Both the position numbers and the translations under genes were made by a program. A stretch of 64,000 nt of DNA from positions 1,240,001 through 1,304,000 of the forward strand of contig OY253668.1 in NCBI GenBank assembly GCA_958009085.1, written 5' to 3'. The notes under the pieces are model-generated. The model did not search any database. It was given only the letters and a program-made list of their open reading frames with translations, and was not told the DNA's origin. Below, in pieces: positions 12,179-24,303 of the stretch. Origin of the DNA: Protoeuglena noctilucae (Eukaryota). The stretch's first letter is position 1; each line of letters begins with the position of its first letter.

Positions 12179-12361
12179 TGCGACTTGGCGGACCCTGCTT
12201 GCCTCGATTGGGTTCTTGAAGGACTCGCGGTGCCATCAGCGTCTGCGTTCCAGCCATATTGTTGAACGGCGCGCCCAAGGTGCATCGCCTATGTGCGATG
12301 GGCAACCCCACGCGAACCAATCCGCTCGCCTGCCAAAGCCCTACACGACACGCCTGCCGCA

Positions 12362-15300
12362 TCACTCTGGCACGCGTTGCAGCGACCCGTGGCGGCAGTG
12401 GGGGCCGTGCCGGTGCCCTCCCGCCGCCGCCGTGGGCACGCTGTGGGGCATGAGGCCCAACAGGGGCGTTCCCTCGGTCCCGGCCCGCTCCCCCGCCACC
12501 CCGCCGTTCGCGTGCCCGTTCTCCGCCCTGGACGGCCCCGGGGAGTCGAGCGTCACGCCCATCATGGGCTGCCGCCAGGGCGTGAAGGCCTCGACAAGGT
12601 TGGCGCTCCAGCCCCGGTCAAAGGGGTTGAAGAAGGTGCCAGTCCTGCAAGGTGTCAAAAGTTGAAAACGTTGAGTGAGATTGTCGCAGAGCCTTAGCCC
12701 GTCCCTGCGTCTCTCTGGTGTCGTCGCCAATCGCACGCAACGGCCCCACGTGCAGCCGCGGCCGCTTCCGCCCCGCCGCTCGCCTGGGGTGCTTCATGTG
12801 GCTGTACCGGTGCCAGTTGGACATCTCGTTGGTGGTGACGTTCGCAAGAAGGCTTTGGACCTGGGCGACGATGATGGCGGTGGTCGAGAGGAGCAAGACG
12901 CACATCCATGCCACGAAGAGGATGATCCAGAAGCCGCCCGCCAGGGACCGGAGTCCACCCGCCCCCTCCCGAAGTCGAAGAGCGCCCGTCAGCGCCCCCA
13001 GCAGCTGCGGGCGGAGGCGAGGTTGGAGCGTGGTTGCGCCATCGGCATCCCAGCCAAGACGCGTCGCGCCTCTTGAGAGCAAGCATGCGCATTGATCACC
13101 AGCAACTCTGTGCACAGCGACAGAGCAGCACGAAGAGACGCGGCTCACCAGCGAGAGCGCGGTGACGACGAGGAGGGTGCAGAAGATGTGCCGGTTCTTC
13201 TTCCCAATCGTGTTCCCCACCCAGGGGCAGTAGTGGTCGAACACCTCCACGCACCGATCGTTGACCGCGCAGTGCTTGGCGCGGAGGGGCCGCACCAGGC
13301 GGCACGACACGCACAGCTGCCCCCACTGGCCCGCCCGCAGAGCAGGGGACGCCTGGACCGTGAACTGAGCCCGCCGCGCGTCCTCCGGGTCTTTCATGTC
13401 AACCGGCTTGGTCTTGCTGCGGTGCGACCGGGGAAGGCGCGAGGAGTCAGGATGGCAGCGTCGACGGACTCGCCCGTTTGCAAGAGCCATTCTCGCGCCT
13501 CCCGACACCCATCCACAGCAGGCAGGTGGTTATTGCCACGTGCAGTCGACCCCATGATGACACGTAGCACGTGACCCTTGCGTGTCATCTTGCACACCCC
13601 TCCCGGCACCCCGAGCTCCCTCGCCTGACCGCGTTGAGGTCGCCGAGCTTGACGGGGACGAAGCCCGGGTCGGAGAAGGTCGTCTGGTAGAGGAGGACCA
13701 TGCCCGTGATGGACACGGCCAGGGTGGCGTAGCACATGCGCGTGATGAGCGGCGAGGGCGGGGGCAGACTCACGGAGTTCTGCGGGGGGCGCGAGGGTCG
13801 TGTCGTGTCGAGGAACGCGCGTATGAAGTTGCTACCAGGCTAGCACATCCACCGAGCCAGCAAGACGGCCCGGGCGCGTGGGCGGCCAGGAAGGGAGGGC
13901 GGCGGTACATGCCGGAGTGCAAATTGACCGTGCGTGAAGATGCGGCCTGCTGCCTCGTGCCACGGCCCCGCATCACCTTCACGAGGAACCACAGGATGCC
14001 GTTCATGACCATGTACTGCGACCAGACGAACCACGACATGTCCAGCCGCGCCAGCCACGCCAGCTGCCCGTGCTGGCCCCACAACCGGTGTTTCCGCTTC
14101 TTGATCTGCGAAGAAAGGGAAAGGGCGAGACGAACGTCGATAAGAGTCGACAGACGCGCTCCGTGAGCCGCTTGCCTCGCGGCGATGCTCCCAGAAAGGA
14201 AACCAAGACAACGCTGACTGACTCGCGCCCCTCGACACCCGCGGCCACAGTCCCCCACCCTCGCACCTGCTCCTTGAACATCCGCAGGTGTCCCACGACC
14301 ATGGCGTGCCCCTTGTCCCTCGCCAGGTCCTCCGGCGTCTGCCCGTTGACCTCCGGCATGCTCAGCGCGTCGCCCCCGCCCCCGTGCACCAGCGTCGTGA
14401 GGCACCCCGCGTACCCCCGGATGGCCGCCCAGTGCAGCGGCGTGCACAGCTCCGAGTCCGTCCGATTGACCTTGGCGTCCATCACCAGCAGCAGCTTGCA
14501 GATGTCCTCATTGCCCTTGTACGCCGCCCAGTGCAGCGCGCTCCGGCCGTCCCCGTCCGTCACGTCCACCGGCGCCTTGTACCGCGTCGCCAGCGCGTAC
14601 ACCATCGCCGTCTGGCCGTACTGCGCCGCGATGTGCAGGGGCGTGTACCCCTTGCAGTCCGCGTCCAGCGGGTCCGCCCCCGCTCGCATCAGCACGTCCA
14701 CCGCGCGGTCCGCGCCCGTCACGGCAGCCCAGTGGAACGCCGACTGCCCCGTCTGCGGGGAGGACCAGGCCAGGGCAGACGGGACGCTGGCAGCAGACCA
14801 TAGCGTGCGTGGCACCGCCCCGGCAGAGCTGGCGTGCCACCCAGGCTGCCCCACCTTGGTGTCCTTGTTGTCGATCCGGGCGCCGTTCTCCAGCAAGAAC
14901 TCCATCAGAGCGTCGCGGTTGTTGAGCGCCGCCCACTGCAGGGGGTAGTAACCGTCCGCGTCGGGCTGGTTGAGGAAGGAGATGGACGTGCTCTCGGCCA
15001 GGAGCTCCTTGACCCTGCGAAACGCGCGAGAGGTTCCGGTCATTCATCCCGGTCAGAAGCGTGTGCCGCGCGATCGATGCGCTTCTGCCGGGCTGCAGGG
15101 ATGCGGACCCCTGGGGATCTGGTGCCGTGGGAGCCGTGCTGAGACCGCAGCGCGGGTCCGCGGGCGCCAATCCAACGCTCGCCTCTCAATGTTGCCGTAG
15201 GCGCATGCCTTCGATATCGTGAGGGCCTCGGGCGTCTCGTTCGTCCTCTGCGGGAAGGGCTCTCTTCCGGTGGCTCCCGCAGTCGCCCGGGAAGCGTGGA

Positions 15301-15476
15301 CCGCGCACCCGCATCCGCGCAGCGACAATTGGACATTGTACAGCCGCTCCGTATTGCCGGGACGGGCATGCGCGCGGCTGCCAGCCCGTTGTTGTCACCT
15401 CCGCGCCACTCCCCCCTCGCGGATCCTTCTCCTGGCTCGGGGCCGCAATCTCCCCATCTCCAGACATGATGCTCAT
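12362..15476 (-). CDS. Ankyrin-repeat DHHC-type protein S-acyltransferase (TIP1/AKR1-like, DHYC variant)
   Basis: Ankyrin repeats GYYPLQWAALNN, GYTPLHIAAQYG and GRSALHWAAYKG; SDPGFV; CVSCRLVRPLRAKHCAVNDRCVEVFDHYCPWVGNTIGKKN; NVTTNE; NPFDRG. Confidence 0.93.
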
Positions 15477-15697
15477 CCCCCCGCGCCTGCACTGCCCGCG
15501 GGCGGCGGCGACGCGGCCCCCACGGTGCTCGGAATTCTGTTCTATTCTGGTCGCACCCGAGAGCGTCGACCGAGTCAGGGACGGGCCCGCGTCGTGTCCA
15601 CGCAAGAATTTACAAAATAATTGGATGTGTCGCGTTCCTCAGGGCGCTCACGCCGAGTCGCCAGAGACGCCGTTTGAAGCCGCCAGTGAAAGCTGTT

Positions 15698-17282
15698 TCA
15701 CCACTTAAATTGCAGCGAGGGGTGAGCCGCGACTCGCGCGAGCGTCTCGCCCGCGCGCGCCTCGACCTTCAGCTCCAGGAACTCGTCGGCACGCGTCTCG
15801 CCGACCGTGAGGGCCGCGACGGGCATCCCGCGGTCGCGGGCCAGCTTGGCCAGGCGAAAGGCCGACCACACCATCAGGGAGCTCCCGCACACCAGCACGC
15901 CGTCGCACTCCTCGGCCATGCGCTGCGCCTCGGCCGCATGCTCCCGAGGAATGCTGTCCCCGAAGAAGACCACGTTGGGTTTCACCAGCAGCGAGCCGCA
16001 CGACTCGCACGGCGGGTGCTGGAAGTTGTCGTAGAGCTCGCTCGCGTCCCCCAGCTCGGCGTCCCCGTCAGGCCTGCGGGCGTGACGGCAAAGCCCGACT
16101 GTCTCCTCGTGGCCTCGGCAGGGCACCCGTGGCCCGTCCGAAGCGATCCACGCCGTGCTCACCTGGCAGGCGCGGGGCCCTCCCTCTTCCGCAGCTCCTC
16201 GGCCTCGGCCCCCGCGCGCCACTCGGTCGCCGCACTGCTGAAACCAGCCGCCCCCGTCACCGGCGTCCACGCATGACCCCCAGATGCCTTCCCTTCCCGG
16301 CCCATCATGCCGGGCACGGACACCTTGACACCGGGCGCCGCCCGGAGGTCCTCGCTGGGGATCGGGCGGAACGTCCCTGGCGCAGACACGGCCGCGCGTG
16401 GCGCCGGCGATTCGTCACCAGGGGCACCCCCTCGCCGCTGCAACCTGCCCGCCAAGAGCTGCTCGGCCAGCATCGCCACCTTCGGATTGAGGGCGTCCAT
16501 CTTGCGCTGGAACGCGTACCGGTCCTCTGCGAGGGGTGGTTGCGAGCGCTGAGCGGACGTCGGCGCGCCAATCGCGCCGTGCGACTGCTGCGGGCCCCTC
16601 TGCCCTCACCTATGTGCCCGCAGTCAAGGCACACCACCTCGTGCGTCGTTCCGTGCAGCTCCACCACCCGTTCGCTCCCCGCCCTCTGGTGCAGGCGGTC
16701 CACGTTCTGCGTCACGATCCCGCTCACCCACCCTGCCCCCTCGAGGCGGGCCAGCGCCGCATGCCCCGCGTTCGGTTTCGATCCTGCGGGCCCCACGACG
16801 CGTCCTCGCGTCATGGCTCGTCTGGAGGCCCTGTAAATGCCCGAGAATGGCCGGCGACCGTGGCTCCCACCTGCAAACTCCTGCCAGCCCACAAAGCTCC
16901 GTGCCCAGTATCGTCGACGGTTCGTCTCGCTGGCCAGGAACTGCTGGTGCATCATGGGCTTGAATCCCGTCTTGTAGGCGCCTCGAGGACCTCTGTAGTC
17001 GGGTATTCCGGACTCGGTCGACAGGCCCGCCCCTGTGAGGACCATCAGATTCTTGCAGCGGGTCACGAACTCCGCGAGGCGCTCGACCTGTTGCGCGGAC
17101 GCCGGCGGGGTCTGCGGGGCTGCGTCGGCGCGGAGCGGCTTGGACTCCACATCCGCGTCGGGGCTCGCTTGGGAGGATGCGGCCCTGTGTTCGGCGATCG
17201 CCCGCAGGGCGGGGCCCCGGGCCAGCGTGCGCAGCGAGTTGTAGCGACATAGGCGGTCCGGCTGCGCCGCGGCACGAGCCAT
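15698..17282 (-). CDS. SRT2: Class II sirtuin (SIRT4/SRT2-like NAD-dependent deacylase)
   Basis: Motifs VLTGAGLSTESGIPDYRG, RRRYWARSFVGW, PNAGH, TQNVDRLH, ELHGTTH, CxxC pairs, RPDGDAEL, KPNVVFFGD and GSSLMVWSAFRL. Confidence 0.95.
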
Positions 17283-17667
17283 CGTTGGCCGGGCTCGACG
17301 AGCGTCGCCGAGCGCTGTGGGCCACCGGACGTGTGCGCGCGAGGGACGGGGCAGATGGCGCGGACTTTGGATTCGCGCTGACTTCGACGTCGGTAGCGTC
17401 CGATTCTGGTGGCAGACGGCTGTCCGGACAGAGCTCGACGCCGCGGCAGGCTGGGGTTCACTTCTGGCAGGGCAACCTGGTCTCTGGCGGGGACGGAAGC
17501 AAATTTCGACGTGGTCCTGGGCACCCCATCCATGTGTCTGGTCGTGGAAAGGTGGGCGCGCCCGCGCCCGGGCGCTCTCGACTTCAGCGTTTGCTTCCAG
17601 ACGACCGGAGGTCTCGCAGACCGCTGAGCGACGGGGGGCGCCGAGCGCGCCGAGCGCGTGGTCGGCG

Positions 17668-18188
17668 ATGGATGAGGTGGTGCCGAAGCACGCCGAGGAG
17701 CAGCTGAGGAGCAAGCTCAAGGCCCGGGCGCTCCGCAAGTGCGACGCCCTCGCCGGGGTGCGTGGAGGGCGCTCATCTCGAGAGCCCGCGTTGCCGGGAC
17801 GAGCCCGCGCGTCGTCAAAGTCAACTATATTTGCTCCTTTTCCTGTCGCGCCCCAGGCGATGGTGGAGTGCACGCGGGACCGTCTCTTCTCGGTAGTGTG
17901 GGCGTGCCGCGAGCCGCTGCATGCCCTGAACGAGTGCACGCACCAGTGGACGAACGAAGAGGAGCTGGCGCGAGTCAAAGAGCGATGGGTCAAGGCGGGG
18001 AGGCCCATGTGAGGCCCATGGGCTCAGGTGGGCTCAGAGCAGGCCGCACCAGCATGCCGACAGCTCACAGCCTGCGCTGCTGTGCTAGCAGGGACTGGTC
18101 GTGGGAGCCCTGGCCAGAGGAGGCGGGAGAGATCGCAGACCACGAGCGGCGCAAGCAGGAGAGGCTGGCCAAGAGGGGGAAGAAGTGA
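17668..18188 (+). CDS. CMC1: Twin CX9C mitochondrial COX assembly protein (Cmc1-like)
   Basis: ALRKCDALAG|AMVECTRDRLFSVVWACREPLHALNEC: two CX9C motifs after removing intron 1; second intron near 18009-18090. Confidence 0.85.
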
Positions 18189-18275
18189 CGCATGCGTGTC
18201 GTATGCAAGCGTTGTCAGCAACTGGGCGGCTCTCTTCACATCTCAAAATCTATCACTAAGCCCACCTAGCCCTTA

Positions 18276-19507
18276 TCACAACCCAAACGCCACGGCAGCC
18301 TGGGCCGCCGTCCGCTCCGCCGGCTGCCCCGCCGCCAGCAGTCGCTTTGAAGGCACGCCCCGGGCGCCCGCCGCCGGCTTTGCGCGCACCTCCATCGCCT
18401 GCGGAAAGGGCCGGAGCGTAGGCATCGCCATGCGCCATGCGCGCCTCCGCGCCGCGTCACCCAGACTCCGAACCACGGTGTTGCCCGCTCGCCTTGCGTT
18501 CGTGGGGCAGCCGGTACCCCTGGATAGACGCCAAGAGCCTCCCGCCCGCGCCACCTCCCCGGGCCGACAGCACGCCCTCGCCGGTGGCCCTGTCCTCCGC
18601 CCTCGTGGACGTGAGGTGGGCCACGATGGCTCGCACGTGGCCCAGCCCGTGCACTGCGGGCGAGCGATACGTGCGGCTGCGTGAGGCAGTTGCGCGACTG
18701 CGGTTCCTCGCACGGGGCCATGCCAGGTCAGGCCGCTCACTGAGCTCGGCCACCGCCGCGGCCGGGTCACGGCTGAGCCCCTCGGCGCGCGCGTCCGCGG
18801 CGAGCCGCGCGTCCGCGCCGTGGATCTCCGGCGCGACGGCCGCGGCCAGCAGCGACGGCAGCTCCTTGGCGGTCGCCTCGGTCACTGCCCGAGGGAACAG
18901 CATCAGGTGCGTGGTCGGGATGCCTGCCGCCGCCCGCCGACCTGCGTGGGGAGGGGGGTGCACGCGCTATGGTATAGCAGTCGGGCTATACACTCATTCA
19001 TTCAAAACCCCTTGGCAGGGCCCCAGTGCGTGCACTCACCCAAAGAGCTGACGACGCGCTCGGTGGACGCGTGCAGCAGGGAGGCGTCCCGCCCGCACGC
19101 CGCCTGCGCGTACTTGAGCACCGCGTCGAACCCTGCGAACACCAACAACCCTTCGCTTCGATATCGACCGCCAGCAGCGACCCTGGCGCGGAACAGCGCA
19201 CCGGGAGCGGCGTCGCGCACCCGCCATGACTGCCCGGAAGCTCGCCGACAGCGCCGGCCAGTCCAGCGCCTCCGTGGGATCGGGGAGAGTGAGAGACCCC
19301 TGCAATGTAGCCATCAGTGCGTTGTTCTCCTTCATCAGCAGATCCACGGCGTCCAGGACCTCCCTGCGCAAAGCGAGCTCTGGGACGGAGGCTCGCGCCG
19401 CGCGCGATGCATGGGAGGGGGAGCGCGGCTTCGCTGATTCTCTCTATCGCTCACCGCAACCTCGCTGCGCTATTCGGGTCCACCAGCGGAGGGGCGGAGG
19501 CCGCCAT
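18276..19507 (-). CDS. MED8: Probable Mediator subunit MED8-like protein
   Basis: DWPALSASFRAV and HLMLFPRAVTEATAKELPSLLAAAVAPEI resemble the plant MED8 blocks (W..ilgqy; VlPknVnaena.iLPvmLsskllPE). Recognised by eye only. Confidence 0.55.
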
Positions 19508-19834
19508 GGCCCCGCCCCGGGTTTACACAGCCCAAGCGCGTCGCACCGAGTTGCGATGGTCCCGATGAGCGGGGCGGAGGAAGCTCGCGAGTCTTTTTTT
19601 CTTGAATGTGGGACCGAGGCCCGCGTATGCTGCCGACACCCGGTGAACACATTGACTGACAGGGTAGGGTAGGGTTGGTTTTTTGCCGTGCCTGGCCGAG
19701 CTCAATGCCCGGTACCCGGCGCAACACACGTCATCTCTTTGAATTCTCATTGGCAAAAAAAACACAGCAACTGACAAAGTCTGCACCTGTCGACGGCATC
19801 CTTTGGGCGGCTATGGCGTCGCATTGACGGGGCC

Positions 19835-22046
19835 ATGCAGTCCCGGACGCGCGATGACGAACCGGCCTTTTGGAGCGCCGTTAGCGCTTTGAGCCTGACG
19901 CTCACGGGGTCCTCGATCCTCCCCATGCCCTACACCCTCTCGCGCACATCCGTTCTGGTCTTCGTGGCTGTGATGGCCTTCGTGGGCCTCTTAAATTCCT
20001 ACACGAGCAAGCTCCTTCTTAATGCCTCCGACAAGACGGGCACGCGTGTCTACGAGAGCCTGGCGGATGCTGCGGGCGGCAGGTGGGTGCGGTGCGCTGG
20101 CTCGGGCGCCCTGCTTCTGCCGCGTCCCAGCGCTGAAAAGCGTGATGTGCCCGGCCCTCCCGCAGACGCTTGAGGGTGATGGCGACAGCGTCCATGCTGC
20201 TCCTCCTCTTCGGCACCGTGTGTGGCTCCATCGTGGTTCAGGGCGACGCGGCACTCCGCATCGCGGAGGGTCTCGGCGTTTTCCAGGCCGGCGACGCCAC
20301 GCGGGTCCTGTGGGGCTTGGGGCCCCTCGACCTGTCCATGATTGGCATCGCGGCCTGCCTGCTGCTCCCCATGAGCCTCCTCAGGCACCTCCGCTCCCTC
20401 GAGGTCGCGGCACTGGCGTCCGTGCCCGCCTTCGCCGCCCTCGTGCTCGTGCTCGCCGGAGACTGCGTCGCATGGGGCTTTCCCGGCGTCAGGAGCGGCG
20501 AAGTGGCTTGGGTCGTGCCCAACGCCGGCTGGGCTGGCGTCCTCGAAGCCATTGCCATCATCGGGTTCGCGGACTACTGCCAGCCCGTGTTGTTGCCGCT
20601 GCTGGCAGAGATGCCCGAGGGACCCGTGGGACTCCGCACGACCAAGCGCGCCGTTGATTTCACCATCTTCGTCTTTGGGACGGCGTGCTACTTCTCCACT
20701 GCGTTCTTCGGCGCAGCGGCGTTCGGCTCGCGCGTCCGCGGCAACATCGTCTCCAACGCGCTCCTACCGAGCGTGGCGGCCTCCGTCGTACTGCAAGGCG
20801 CCATTCTCATCTATACCAGCCTCACCTGCATCCCCATCGTCATAGGTCAGGATGGCATGGCGCCCTCTAATGAGCGCAGCTGCATCGGCGCAGGCTGGCA
20901 AGGGTCACTGTCTGCCTCCCCCGCAGCCCTCCGCACGACCATCGACGCCCTGCTGTTCGGCAAGGATGGCCGCGGCCGCGGCGGCCCCTTCAGCGCCGCG
21001 TCTCATTTTTTCAAGACGGCCGCCATTGTCGGGGCTTGCCTCTTCGTCGCCCTCATCATGAAGGGTCACTCCGAGGTCGTCTTCTCCATCACCGGCGCCA
21101 CAGGCGTGTGCCTGATCTGCTATGTCGCGCCCGGTGAGCAAGCAGGGGGCCATGTCCCCAGCCCGCAGCACCGTGGCCTGCAGCGGCTACCAGCTGACTC
21201 TGACTCCAAGCCTGGGCCCCCCACGCAGCCGCTGTGCATATTTCCCTGTGGTATCGTGACAGGGTGCATCCGGAGTCAGCGCGGTGCTCATCATGCGGCT
21301 GCGTCGGCTACAAGGACGGGCAGCTGCTCGACTGCCCCGAGGAGGGATGTGCCTGCGTGCCGTCTGCGCAGAGGGCCCCGGGGGTCCTCTCCCCCGCCGC
21401 CCTCCGTCGCGCGTCGGTCTCGGGTGGGGCAGGTGCCGAGGCGGCGGCGGGGCCTGGCCACCGGAGCTTCAGCACGCCGCGGGAGGCCGTCGCGGTGGCG
21501 CTCGACCTGCTCCTGTCGCGCGCGGGGCCGTTGGGCGAGGACGGCATTCCGCAGGTGACGCCGCGGTCTGCGGGGCCCCACGCGCGGGGGTGGCAGCAGT
21601 CCGTGGGCTCGCCGGGGGAGAGCCGAGAGCCTTGGGGGCACGAGCGGGGAGGGGAACCGGAAGCGGGCGTTGGGGAGGCGGGGGTTGGTGGCCAGGCGAG
21701 GGCAGGAGGGCGAGGCGCAGAGGACGGGGCTGGCGAGGGGCCAGATGGGGTGGAGGAGGAAGGGACGCTCAACGCTTCCTCGAAGCGTCGCCGGCCGATG
21801 GCTGGCGTCTTAGTTCCAGGCGCTGAAGAGGACCCGCCACCCCGACGCAACGCTGGGGAGCATGGGAGCCTCTACGAGCCCCTGCTGCATCCTCCGGGTG
21901 TTGATGAGAGCGAGGAGGCCGGGACGCGCCTCTGGATGCGTGACGTGACGGCCAACGTCGTGGTCCCGCTGCTCGTGAGCGTGGCGGGCGTCGGCGTGAG
22001 CGTGGGCGACCTCTTTCTCAGCTTCTGCAGCTGGTCCCAGGTATAG
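19835..22046 (+). CDS. Amino acid transporter (Aa_trans / SLC38-AVT family) with a long loop before the last TM helix
   Basis: Motifs LTGSSILPMPYTL, YESLADAAGG, LLPMSLLRHLRSL, IIGFADYCQP and VFSITGATG; about 11 hydrophobic segments. Confidence 0.9.
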
Positions 22047-22702
22047 AGGGCCTAGAATGAAGCACACATAGCGATTATAGCACTCGTCCCAGGCGGGCCG
22101 CGGCCCCCTGCCAGACTGGCAGGTCTTTGAACCGCGTTTTGGCGTCGCCAGGCGTGTGAAGCCCGCGACACTTTCCCAGCGCCAAAGAGACGCGATCTAT
22201 TCCACGCTGCATCACACGCGGCCCTGCTGCGCGGCGTGTATCATTGGGAATTCGAGCAGGCGTTTTCGAGCGAACGAGCGTTCGCGCATAGCGGGGGAGC
22301 AGCGAAATGGCGCTCGCCGCGCGGTTACTCGGCCTACAATGTACGGCCCGGGGTGCCCAGGGCGCGCTGGGGGACCTCTCGGTGAGCTTCGAGGGGGAGC
22401 GCAGTACCCGCACCCGCGCTTCAGGCGGTGCGGAGTCCGCGTGGGTCGCATGTTTGTTCCAATAGCTGCCGGTCGCGCTCGAGTGCGCCCGCTGCCGCGT
22501 CGGCCGCGGCCTGCGTCCATTGGAGACCGGCGTCGCCCGACGGCAGCCGCGCGTTTGGGTCGCCGGCGTCGGCAACGGCGCGGCGGTGCTCCCCCCACGC
22601 AGGTCCTCTCTTCGTTTCTGAGGCTGAAGCGGGAGCTCTCAGGTGCCCCGGCGGCCCCGCAGGCCCTCGCCGCCGTGCGCAGGCCCGGGCGCAGCGCGCG
22701 CG

Positions 22703-23861
22703 ATGATGTTTGGCGCCCCCGCGTCCGCCCGCGCCGCGCGTGGCCCGCCGTCGACTCTCGCGCCTCCATCTCCCTGTTTTGCAGCGGCGTCGGAGGAGGG
22801 TGCGCCCCGTTGGGTCTTCCTGGGCCCGCCGGGGGTCGGCAAGGGCACGTATGCAGCACGGGTGGCGGAGCACGTCGGCATTCCGCACATCGCCGCCGGG
22901 GACCTCGTGCGCGCCGAGATTAAGGCGGGGACGGCGATGGGGAAGCAGATGAAGGAGACGGTGGACCGCGGGAGCCTCTTGCCGGACGAGCTCGTCCTGG
23001 AGTTGGTTCAGGTGACGCTGGGGTGGCTGCTGGGCCCGCTGCGCCCCGCGGGCGCCTCCGCGCGCTGCCGGGCGCTCTGGATATCTCCGCCGATGATAAA
23101 CGTGACATTCGAGACGCGATCCGCCCGCAGAAGCGCCTGGAGGCGGGCCAGCGCGATGGGGAGAGGGGATTCCTTTTGGATGGGTTCCCGCGGACCGTCG
23201 GGCAGGCGCGCGCCTTGGAAGCGGCGCTGCCCGTTACGCTCGCGCTGAATCTCTCGCTGAGGTGCGCCGCGGCCTGCGATGCCCGGGGGCTGGGGATGCT
23301 CCACTTGTTGCCCAGCTGTCGCGACAGCCTGCTCTCGCCGCGCCGCGACCCGCCGCCCCGCGTCGCCCCCCGCTTTTCGCAGGGAAGACGTCTTGATCGA
23401 GAAGTGTCTGGGCCGCCGGTTGTGCTCCAAGTGCGGGAAGAACTGGAACGTGGCCGACATTTGGCGCCCGGCGACGGGGGGGCAGGCTGAAGTCCGCATG
23501 CCGCCGCTGAGCCCGCCGGCACAGTGCGCGCAGTTCATGACGACGCGGTCGGACGACACGGAGGAGGTCGTGCGCCACCGCCTGCGGGTGTACCAGGCGA
23601 GTGCTTGTGGACAGACGGGCACCATGTCGTGACGGGACCTGTGACGGGCCCTCTGGGAAGGTTTCCGCGGCTCAGCAAGGAATGCTGCCGCGTTTGCAGG
23701 AGGAGGCGGGTCCGGTGGAGGAGTTCTACGGGGCTCGCGGGTTACTGGTCGACTTTGCGGTGACGGGCGGCATCCCCGAGACGCTCCCCCGCCTGCTCGA
23801 CACGCTGACGGTGGCCCTCTCGAGCACCGGGCAGCGCGCAGTGCGCACCAGCACCGCATGA
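22703..23861 (+). CDS. ADK: Adenylate kinase with organellar leader
   Basis: Motifs WVFLGPPGVGKGTYA, HIAAGDLVRAEI, GFLLDGFPRTVGQA, LID GRRLCSKCG and RSDDTEEVVRHRLRVY; three introns, one GC-AG (23597-23699). Confidence 0.95.
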
Positions 23862-24303
23862 CGGGCCGCACCCCATTCCCTGGCCTCTGGTTCCGGCAGG
23901 GGACTGCACGCGCGCGCGGCAGCAGCCGGGGGTTTGCCCTGGGCGCGCCGCACCGCGGGGGGCGCCGAGCGCCCTCGTGACCACGCCCCCCCCGTCCCCT
24001 TGCGCCCTGCATGTTGTTAGCTAGACCGTTCTCTCTCCTTCGCAGCGCACCCCAGTGCACGCCTGGTCGCCCTGCTCGCGTGCTTGCATGTTGCGGTTGG
24101 TCGCTCGAGGCTGTCCCCGCCACTTGCAATACACTGAGCACCCCTCGCACGCCTGTTCCCACGACAACGCGCGGCAGCAACCACGCGAGTGTCGGCTTTC
24201 GGTTTTGCGCTTCCTTGCTACGGATCCTGGCCGTTGCGAAGCCAACGGCGTGTAGACGCATGCACGTGGAAGACATGTCGGTATTCAATGGAAAGCACTG
24301 CTG

